Source: Felis catus
Taxonomy: Eukaryota
Length of the DNA: 64,000 nucleotides
Assembly: GCF_018350175.1 (NCBI RefSeq)
Contig: NC_058368.1
Span: forward strand, 190,404,001 to 190,468,000
Direction of reading: 5' to 3'
Positions 1 to 10,700 of this stretch are shown here, one piece after another. The notes under the pieces were generated by a model. That model ran no database searches, was not told where the DNA came from, and saw only the letters and a list, made by a program, of their open reading frames with translations. Positions within the stretch are counted from its first letter, which is position 1. Each line of letters starts with the position of its first letter. The position numbers and the translations under genes are program-made.

Positions 1-139
1 TTCCCCTACCCTCAGGACCCTGACCTCGGTGTTTGTCGCGTGGGTCACGACACTCCCTTTCAATGTTTCAGGAGTATAACAGAAAAAAATGGAGGAGCTC
101 TATCTTAGAGGAGTTTATGGTCTAGAATTGAGTACTTTT

Positions 140-331
140 CAAGACCATAGCCATGTGTGGCTATTTAAATTTAAGTTAATTAAATAAAATTAAGTTAATT
201 ATTTTTAACTTCTAAGTTGTACTAGTTGCATTTCAAGTGCTCAGTAGTCAGATGTGACTAACAGCTACTATATTGCACAACATCCATATGCTATAATAAC
301 TCCGTCATCATGGAAAGTTCTAATGAACAGT
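140..331 (-). mobile_element. MER3-like hAT DNA transposon remnant
   Basis: TAGCCATGTGTGGCTATTTAAATTTAA...CATTTCAAGTGCTCA...CATCATGGAAAGTTCTA pattern, similar to the copy at 32633-32940. Confidence 0.7.
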
Positions 332-1571
332 ACAAGGGAAAGGAAGGATGGACAATGCACACACATCAAGGGCAACAAGGTAAGAAATGCTGCACAGAGA
401 ACTGAAATAGTGTAATAGAGTGATGGGTTGGCTACTTTAGACAGAGGGACCAGAAGAATGTCTGAGAAGGTGACAGTTAAACAAGGGCCCAAAAGACAAA
501 GAGAAATCTGAAACTCGTGGGGTAAAGGAATGGAGATCTAGGCAGAGGGTATCACTAGGGAAAAAGTCCTAATATGGGGATACATTTGAAAGAACCCCAA
601 ATGGCTGGAGCCCCGTGGCAGGGGAGAGAGACATAGAAGAAATTTGAGAGGTAGGCAGGATACAGATAACTGGGGGGGATTTTGTAAATCTGGGTAAGAC
701 ATTAGGGTGTTTTCTTGCTTTTTGTTGTTTTCTGAGAGAGCCGTGGGAACATCGTAAGGGGAAGAGTGACACAATCTGATTATATATTTACCAATTACAT
801 CATTCTGCCTGATTTTATTAGTTGCTTACTTACCTGTCTCTCCACCTGATTGCACAATCCTGGGTTTTTTCATTCTTAGTATATTAAGTCATGCGTCATT
901 AGCCTCAATATATTGATAGCAAATGTGGTATGATTGAATTAAATTAGAAAAATCCTTATCATTGACCTTCTGGGCTTTGACTAAGTCTCGGAGTATAACG
1001 AAGCTAGTCATAAAATATTTTGCCTCCCAAATAAATATAAGGCACGACCTACTTCTTTGTGAAGCATTTCAGAATGTGTTCCCCCACTTTTGCTGGTGGT
1101 CAACGTGGGGTCAATAGTGTTCCCTTTAAATGGAGAATAAGAGGAGGATGGGAATCCAGAAAGGAGTTGTCCCTTGTGAGAACTCATCTTGTTACCCAAT
1201 TGAGTTCAAGTGTGTGGCATCGTAAAGCTAGGAGGACTAATAAAGGTCATATAATCCAATTGTTGGATGGAAGAGGTGAGTTTCAGCAAATAGGCCAGGG
1301 GGACAGCCAGTGTGAAGGCCCAGTGACAGGAAAGAGCTTGTATTCGTGAAGGTAGAGTAGATTCTAAGACAGGGGCCCCCTCCACACACAGAAGCACCCC
1401 ACACCCCCAACAAGGCTGGTGCAGGAGCAGGCTGGAGAGGGCACACTCTAAGGGGACTGGGTGCTACAGGCCATTGCTGGCCATCTAATTGTATTTCATA
1501 ACAAAGCAGAAAAACTGAGTTCTCATGTGGGCTCTCTAGATTTCTAAATGGTGGCCATTAATTAAAAATGA

Positions 1572-1679
1572 TTTTTTTTAAAGATTAGTTTTTAATGTAA
1601 TCTCTACGTGGGGTTTGAAACTCACCACCCCAAGATCAAGAGTTGCATGCTCTACCAACTGAGCCAGCCAGGTGCCCCC
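1572..1679 (-). mobile_element. Short tRNA-derived carnivore SINE
   Basis: Reverse-complement CAN-SINE head (...CTGAGCCAGCCAGGTGCCCC) with a T-rich tail and no CT-rich segment. Confidence 0.8.
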
Positions 1680-2199
1680 AAGAAAAGAATTTTTGAACAC
1701 TGTGGTACAAAGCACTTCTGTGGGCCAAGTATAGTCTTTAGGCCACCAGTTTGTAGTATTAGGCTTTAGGTCTTTTTCCCAAGTGCAGAGACTGCTGGAG
1801 TCAGGAGTTCACATTCCCGAGCAGCACAGGACCCGTTGCCACTGTTTTCATGTCTCCGTGAAGCCTGTGATGGGCTGCAATTAGCCTAGAAATGGAGCAT
1901 CAGTACCTTCCTGGGAGGAAGTTACTGAATCTTTAGATCAGAGGACAGTTAATGAAGTACTAGGCAGGCTGACACATACTTGTATGGCTTAATGATTAAG
2001 TGCAAAATTCAGAAGAGCTTGTCTGGAACCTTGGTTCACTTAACATCTACAAGCTTCAGTTTCCTCTTCTATGAAATGAGGTTAATAGCAGGACCTGTCG
2101 AAGGAGGTCTTTGAGGACTAAGTGCATGTGTGTGTTTGGCATAGAGCCCACCACACAGTAAGTTTTCCGAAAACCTTGGTTAGCATTAATGCATATTTA

Positions 2200-2385
2200 C
2201 ATTTCATTTTCAAAGGTCTCCCATATCGCTTTTGCTCATTATAACAATCCTTTGAGGGAGACACAGCAAGTACTTTTAGTGCTATGTTACAAATGAGGAA
2301 GTCAAGGCTTGGAAGAGCTCAGTAACTCATGGAGATACCCAGCTTTGCAAGTGACAGAGCTGGGATCTAAACCCAAGTCTGGTCC
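2200..2385 (+). mobile_element. MIR remnant
   Basis: TTACAAATGAGGAAGTCAAGGCT...AGTGACAGAGCTGGGATCTAAACCCAAGTCTG resembles the MIR core; strand assignment is tentative. Confidence 0.65.
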
Positions 2386-2389
2386 AGAA

Positions 2390-2615
2390 TCTACTTCCTG
2401 AAACACTTCCTGACATCACTCAGTGAGATGTGTTCTGAGTCATTGCTTCCTGTAACATGGTCAGGCACGGTGATTTACATTTTTGATTAATTCTTGCCAC
2501 TGGTAAACTTGACAGTATAACTAAGGCTGGGGACTGATCATTGTAGCCACAGAGCAGGGAGTTCTCTGCACTCATTAAAGGGCCAGTTGACTCATCTCCG
2601 AGGCCAAGGGTAAGT
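2390..2615 (+). promoter_or_regulatory. Candidate HAVCR1 proximal promoter and non-coding first exon
   Basis: ETS-like CTTCCTG three times (2393-2400, 2405-2412, 2445-2452), CRE-like TGACATCA 2411-2418, AP-1 TGAGTCA 2436-2442 and TGACTCA 2588-2594. Strong donor AGG|GTAAGT at 2610 lies upstream of the 2976 acceptor. Confidence 0.5.
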
Positions 2616-2987
2616 GAAGACCAGTCTTGGTTGTGATGGTCCCCTCACTGAGCCTGATTCTGGTTTCCTTTCTGTTTGCCCCTGTATCCCCTGTGTCAGC
2701 ATCAGGAGTCAGTTTGGACTCTGTGGGGAAGGACCTGGGAAACAAGGGGCTGACCTGAGGACAGCTTTGCCTGTCTATTGGAAGGTGCAGGATGGTCACA
2801 CTAGAGATAACTGATATGTGAAGCTGTTGTGCATGGTCTCTCCTCACTGACGGGGCAGGCTCATGTGATCCACCCAGTCAGGGTGAAAGGAGAAGTTGCA
2901 GTCTGAGAATTAAGACTTGTTCCGAGACCATCTGGTGAGGGGCACACCTACCAGTCTGCTTTCTCTTTCCTTCAGGCCAATACCATC

Positions 2988-3033
2988 ATGCAGCTTTGGG
3001 TAGCCATCTTCAGCCCCATACTACTTCTGACAG
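2988..3033 (+). CDS. HAVCR1: HAVCR1 coding exon 1: signal peptide MQLWVAIFSPILLLT
   Basis: Polypyrimidine tract and CAG acceptor end at 2975. ATG at 2988 has A at -3. Hydrophobic leader, donor CAG|GTAAGC at 3034. Confidence 0.92.
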
Positions 3034-3668
3034 GTAAGCGAACAGGTGGGCCGGCGTCTGGAAGCCCTGAAGATTGGGGCACGTAGGAGACGTGTGAGTG
3101 TGGTGTAGGAAGATGGATGTGCTTGGGCTTTGGTGAAAGGTAATGGGTCAGTTAGTGGCCAAAGAACCAGGCTAAATCTTACACAAAAGAAATTGCTTAA
3201 ATGCTATGACTTACAAAATCTATGGGTGAGTGAGCCAGACCCAATGCAGAACTGTGTATCATATCTTGTCATTTGTGTTTAAACAATAAAAGGGACGAGT
3301 GGACAGCAGTGTCAGCATGGACTACTCAAGTGTATGCAGGATATAGTAACAGTGTTGCCATGAGCAGGAGGGATGGGGAGAAGAAGCTGGGATTAGTTGG
3401 AAAGGGAACCAGTCCTCCATTGAACCATCCTGTGTCATTTGATTTTTTAAAAATGCTGTGCAACTATTTCTTTTAAAAGACTCTTAAATACAGAGAACAA
3501 ACTGAGGGTTGATGGGGGGAGTGGAGGACAGGAGAAAATGGGTGATGGGCACTGAGGAGGGCACGTGTTGGGATGAGCACTGGGTGTTGTATGTAAGCGA
3601 TGAATCACGGGAATCTACCCTCCCAAATCAAGAGGACACTATATACACTGTATGTTAACTTCAAAAGT

Positions 3669-3713
<45 letters not shown>

Positions 3714-4678
3714 AATGCTTTATAGGGTTTGAGGACATGATTATACTTAGTCATGAAATAGAGTATTCCTTTTAAATCAGAATTGAAATAAGCATGTTTA
3801 TAAGTGATAAGAGAATTTAGCGATATAACTGAATGTCAACTCCATGTATAGGGGCGCTCTGGTGGCTCAGTGGGTTGAGTGGCCGACTCTTGATTTCTGC
3901 ACAGGTCATGATCTCAGGGTTCGTGGGGATTGAGCACCATGTCAGATTCCCAGAGTCTGCTTGGGATTCTCTTTCTCCATCTCTCTGCATGCACTCATGT
4001 GCACTCTCTCTCAAAATGAAATAAATAAACATTTAAAAAAAATAAAAAAATAAAAAAATAAAAATATAAAAAATATTTTATTTCAAAACACTCCATGAGA
4101 TAGCAAAGTTAGGAATAGACATAATGCATACATTTTAAAAACAATAATCTCCAGAAATCAGATTATGAAGGAAAGTTCATTTATTATAACTTATATAACT
4201 TGATTTTTATAATTAACATGTATTATATTTATAATCTAAAAATGATACTAGGCAAAACTAAATATTCTAAGAATTCAGTGCCTTTTTCTTATTTTATATA
4301 ACCATGAACATTTTATTCCCAGAGCATTTCCCAAAGTCATAGCCAAAATTGTAAATGTGATTGGTTGGTGAATTTCAGATTTCTTTTCATGGCCACCTTG
4401 TCTGTATTTGGCAAGATAGGGCTTTTATGACATTGCCCCAGGAGAGACTTCTTGCTTTTGTTTTTTAAGTGTCATAATTTAGAACTTGGTTGAGTGTTTT
4501 CCAACTGTCTGTTTTCACAGGGGAAGTGGGCCTCGCTCAGTTGTGGGGCTGCTAACAACATATGAGAAGGGGTCCCTATTGGATTTTTTTAGACTGATCT
4601 TAAAGCCCATGATAAACCTCAGCTCCTCCTAGAAGTATTAGAAACCCATTTCCTAAATTTTTTAAAAATTTTTATTTA

Positions 4679-4722
<44 letters not shown>

Positions 4723-7700
4723 ATGGAGGAGGGGTGGAGAAAGAGGGATAGAGAGAAAATCCCAAGCAGACTCCATGCTGTGTGGAACCCCATGTGGGGC
4801 TCAAACTCACAAACTTTGAGATCATGACCTGAGCAGAAATCAAGAGTCAGACGCATAACTGACTGAGCCACCCAGGCACCCCAGTCAATAATACTTTAAA
4901 CAAAACATTAGTTCTGCTTTTATTTTTTTTTTTTTAGTGTTTATTTATTTTGAGATAGAGAGAGTGGGGGGAGGGAGCAGGGGCAGAGAGAGAGGGAGAG
5001 AGAGAATCCCAAGCAGGCTCCACTCTATCAGAGCAGAGCCTGACACAGGGCTGAAACTCACAAACTGTGAGATAATGACCTGACCCGAAATCAAGAGTCA
5101 GACTCTTAACCCACTGAGGTAGGTAGATGCCCCAAGCTCTGCTTTTCTTATAAGAGAGGTGCTGTGAGGGGACATCACTTGCAATAGAAGTTTAAAAAGC
5201 TGCAATAAAAATTAAAACTTTAAATGCAATAGAATTTTTCAAACATATTTCAGTTGAGACAGCAAATGAATCTGGGGAAGTGGAAAAGCCACATGTATGT
5301 CAAACACAGGATGAAATATATACTCATGTATTACTGAAGTGTCATTTGGTTCAAACCTTTTGGAAAGAAATTTGGTCATGTTCATCAAGAGAGTGAAAGT
5401 ATTCCTGGTAATTTCTCTCTTAGACATCTGTCCAGTTAGAAAATAATCCTTAATACAGAAAAAAAGCTTTAATTATATCTTATCTACAAATATCATATAA
5501 ATAATGCTTTTAAGAAAATGTTAACATAAAAAAATTTTTTTAATGTTTATTTTTGAGACAGAGAGAGACAGAGCATGAACGGGGGAGGGTCAGAGACAGA
5601 GGGAGACACAGAATCCGAAGCAGGCTCCAGGCTCTGAGCTGTCCGCACAGAGCCCGATACAGGGGGCTTGAACTCACAAACCCACAAACTGTGAGATCCT
5701 GACCTGAGCCGAAGTCAGACACTTAACCGACTGAGCTACCCAGGCGCCCCAAGAATATGTTAACATAAAAAAGGAGTATGTTAACATAAAAATGCTTACA
5801 ATGAATTTTTTTTAATTGAAGATACAAATCCATATGATTGCAAATGAAATAAACTACATTGAAAAGAAAACAGTGAAAATAAATATAAAACTGAAATATT
5901 GAGGCCTCATATTCTTCTTTCTCTTTACTTACAGATGCTGTAGTGTCTCACAAACAAGTGAATGGAGTGGTAGGTCTTTCTGCCACGCTGTCCTGCGCTT
6001 ACTCAACAGCTAAGGGAGTCACCACCATGTGCTGGGGCAGAGGGGTATGTCCTGTGTCCCAGTGCTCAGATGTAATCATCTGGACTAATGGATCCCACGT
6101 CACTTTTCGGAAGCACCCACGTTATAAGCTAAAGGGAAACCTTTTAGAAGGGAATGTGTCTTTGACCATAGAGAACGTGGCTCAGACTGACAGTGGCCTA
6201 TACTGTTGTCGTGTTGAACACAGCGGGTGGTTCAATGACATGAAACTCACCCTGTCATTGGAGATAAAGCCAGGTGAGCTTGTTTTCCTTCTTCCTTTGA
6301 TCGCTTCGTGTGGGTTGGCTGAGATGTTGACTCTTTGGTAGTGTTTTTCTCCTTTAAGAGGGCAAGAGGAGGTTCCTACAGTCTTGTTTTTCAGCAACTG
6401 TTGGAAAATAGAATAACTTTTATTTGTATAAAATGAAGTCTTAGATCAATCTTGATTCAAGATGGTAAGCTAGAGGATCTTCCCAGTCAGCTACTGTTCC
6501 CTAAAGCAGTGCTTCAAAAATGCTAGTTGGTTCATGAAAAAGCATTCACTGTTCCACTGTGAAATATAGTAAACATTTTTATCAAGCTGAATTTATTCAA
6601 CTTAAAGAACTGCCCTTGTTCTCTGAGATTATGTTTTAGAGGAATTTTTAAATGTTCTTAGCATTTTTAAAACTATTTTGGAGCATTTCAAACATATAAA
6701 GTACGTAATATGGTATAAGGTCTTATCATAATAGTAGCACCCAGCTATAACAATTGTCAACTCAATCTTGTTGCATATCTTGTTATTAAGGAATATACAG
6801 TTCCTTCCTTCAGCCCTGCCTGGGAATTTTTGTAGTATATTTCACATCATATTGCAAAACTGCTTCTTTAAAAACAAAAATGACCTTACTGCAATATGAA
6901 AGCATTTATATTCCAATAACGATACACCAGTTGCTTTTAAGAATTTCATGAAATCCAGGGGCCCCTGGGTGACTCATTCGGTTAAGTGTCCGGCTTCAGC
7001 TCAGGTCATGATCTCATAGTTTGTGAGTTCGTGCCCCATGTTGGGCTCTGTGCTGACAGCTTGGACCCTAGAGCCTGCTTCAGATTCTGTGTCTCCCTCT
7101 CTCTCTGCCTCTCCCCTGCTCATGCTCATGCTCTGTCTGTTAAACATAAATAAAGGTTAAAAAAATAAGAAAAAAAAAGAATTTCATGAAATCCAAAAAT
7201 CTGTCTTGATGTGAACATCCTCATTTTCTTTACCACTGGATGAACAGAGTGGATTCCTCAGGATTCCCTGGTTTCTGGTGTTCTTTCCTAATGAAGTTCC
7301 TTCCACTAAACTCTTATATTGACAATAGAACCCAATACCTGTGGCCTTAATAAACTCTCTCTCTCTCTTTCTGTCTTAAGTTAAGACGAACTTGGTCTTG
7401 CAATCTACCAGCTTTTGGACTTGGCCTGTTTCTTTTGTGAAGGCAAGTGGGATAAGGTCAATTCTGATGGAGAAAATAGCTGACTCTGGGGAAACTACAT
7501 CTGGGAAGCAATTTAGGGAAGCCCAAGAATGCTGGTGACTGTAGTGTGCTCTAGACAGAAGTAAGGAGGCAGCATGTCCAGAAGAGATGATGATTGTAGC
7601 TTTTTTGTATTTGTGAATTTTTTTATGGTTTGGTTGAATTTTTTATGGTTTGGTTGTATGGTTTGAAGCTGATAAAGTGCTTCAAAATTCTTTAATACGT

Positions 7701-10700
7701 GGGCATTTACAAGGGCAGTGCCCTGTCAAGTGGGAAGAAGGTTCATAACTGAGCCAAGGTGACTCTGCCTCCAATAACTAACTCTTTGCTAAAGTTGTCT
7801 TACGTTTTTCATAGGCTGAGCTTACTCTTCAAGCTTCTGTTAGGGCTTTTTTTTTTCCCCACCAGCATCTATAGTTATAGTTTCCTAGATTCTGCCCGGG
7901 AAAAATATTTACCACTGAAGAAGTCAAGTTCATTAGACAATTCCATCAGGTTACCTCCTCTTTATTGTTTCCCTTATTCTCCTTTGCTTAGATTTTTTGC
8001 ATACTCAGCATACTTGGTTTTAGCTGGAAGGAGGGGACTGGACTGTACTCTTTTCGGAAGCCTCTGACTACACCTTAGATCAGGGTCAGTAAACTATAGT
8101 TCCAGAACTAGATCAGATAACAAAACAGGGTCATTGTTTTATACATTTTTATTAGAACAGCCATACACATTTGATATATATATTGTCTATGGCTGCCTTT
8201 CACTGAGTTGAGCAACTGTGCCTGGGACTATAGGGTGTCCAAAGACTGAGGCATTTACTATCTGACCCTTCCCAGAAAGTTTGCTGACCTCTATTTTAGA
8301 CTAATGATTCACATTTAATAGACACTCACAAATATTTGTTGAAAAAAGTTTTTCCTCTTCAGATTCTAAATTAAGTTAGATCTTTCAGAAGAGTTTTCAA
8401 ACCAATTGTCCCCTATATAAGTGAAATGGGTTTTCCTTTGTAGTTAGTCAAGTTGAAATTGAAGGAAACTTCTCGTGGAGAAAAACGGTGCCTAGTGAGA
8501 TCAAAAGTTTACATTCTTCATTCAGTCCTTGTTGGGGCTTAATTCCGGTTTCAGTTCTCTCTGGGTACTTCTGTGACCTTCATTAAGTGGTTTGGAATCC
8601 TACCCCACTTCTGACTCCAGAAAGAGCCTATGTTATTAGCTATTGTTATTATCTCTTAGGTAGAAAGGAACCGTAAAACATCTAGTTTACCTTCTAACCA
8701 AATATATAAATCATCTGTGTGATTTATCTAGCTAATACACTAATGGATGTGAGTGAGCCCTCATTTAGGTTGCACGTCCCTCTATTGGCACGGTACCCTC
8801 AGGAAGCATTCTGGGCCTGGGAAATCCTGTTGAAGTCTTAGTCATTCACCACTGAGATGATGAAGACAGCTCCAGGCTCTAGACATTTTCCTTAACTCAC
8901 AGGTGTTTATGAAGATACATAAATCTGATATGCATGACTGGTCTCAAAGTGCTTCAGTGCAAATCCCAGGTGTCATTTTTCACCTCGGAACCTCCCCAAA
9001 TATATATCTTTTAATGCAGCTGTTTCCTTTTCACAAGTATGTCTTCAAGCCCTCCTGTGTCACAGATTCTAGTTGACCAATGACAAGAACTCTGAGTTCA
9101 GGGAAAATTGGTGCCTAATTCTGCCTGGGGACAGTTTCTCATTGGTTGCATTGGTACATGGGCCCAACCCAAGGCTCTTGTTTCCTGCTGCTTGACTAAT
9201 CCTTGCTTTCATATTGATTTCTAACTCCAGCTGTGGTCACCAGTGTTCCAACGTCACCTAGGGCCTTTACCTCTACTTCTTCAATGCCAGCACCCACGCA
9301 GAACCTCAAGCCAGGTAAACAAATGTGTTCCTTGAGCCCTGAGGTCTTCTAATGAGAGGATGTAGACCATCCAGGGCATTATGTTAAAGCAGAAGTACAA
9401 TCTAGGCTGAGTGTTCTTACCTGGGTTCCAAACATGGGCTTCACAGGGTCTGTGAATACCTGTCCCAAATTGTATGCACCTTTTTACATGTAATCATTTT
9501 TAGAGAAAGGAGACTCATAGCTTTTGGTCAGATTATCCAATGCATTCATTATTAGCACCTACCCGGCCACCACCCCCCCGCCTCCCCCCCCACCCCCCCA
9601 CCCCCCAAAGCCAGACCTTTGATCTTAGACAACTGTTGAGGGTGGAGTGGATTTGGCCCAGTTGAGCACAGGTTTCTAAGGAAAAAATAGGGAATGCCAG
9701 GGAACAGGGGCCAGGTTAATGAGATTCTGTCCTTACAAGGAGCTCTGAATAGAGATCATTTAGTACATTCTGAAGCTGGACCTCCACTTGAGGATAAGAT
9801 TTCAGTAAAGTTAACATTTACTGTGTTTTCTAAGTGATAGGAACCATGCTAACTGCTTTACAAGTATTATATTGTTTAATATAATACTTATGACAATCTC
9901 TCTGCACTGTAGGTGTGATTCAATCCCATTTAATAGTTGTGAGAACTTAGGCAGAGTCTCAGTTCATTGCAGAAAGTTATATGGATAGAAAGTACTTGAA
10001 TCAGGATTCATTCTCCATTAATTTGAATTTTGGGTTTGTGCTTTTAACTACTGGATTGTTCCTTCTACCATGAGTATTGAGTTTATGTTTGGATGAATTT
10101 GTCCTGATCTGACATCCCTCACTGAAAAATCCTTTATATGATTACCCTGTCTTCTCTAGGCATTCAATCTACTCACACAGTTTTGCTTCCAGCATCTTTT
10201 AATTTATTTATGTAGCATGGAAATGGCAAAAGATACTATTTATACCGATGAAAAAGTAAACATCGGATTTAAAGACTTCAGGGATTTAGAACTTACACTT
10301 TTTTTTCCTCATTCAGGCCACAAGGTTAACACTTCAAACTTCTGATAAATAAGAGTTTAGATTTAATACAAATGAAGAATAATTTGATTTAAAGGTAGAG
10401 AAATAGCTTGCCATTCTGAGTACAAGTTTAGGTTCAAACCTTCTATCTCTAGGATTAAAAAGATAACTTTCAGTGGAGATTCTTAGAGCCTCCAAAACTC
10501 TTTGACCCCTTGGGGTAGCACTGGAATCTGAGGAGTAACAGAGATGTCACAACCTCTTAGCCAGAAAAACCTGATGGAACATATTGATTTCCCTTGACTC
10601 CTATTGAACCATATGTATATTTAATCAGGAGGGATCTGAAGGATTGGGCTGTGAGCTGAGTTTGGAAGAGAGGGCTTTAGGTTAAAACTGGGATTTTAGA

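Noticed and set aside
7615..7665. Short direct repeat GAATTTTTT(T)ATGGTTTGGTT x2, and the 44491 and 46740 repeats, as an array or CRISPR-like structure
   Set aside because: Only 2-3 adjacent copies with no unique regular spacers, in eukaryotic DNA; simple local duplications.
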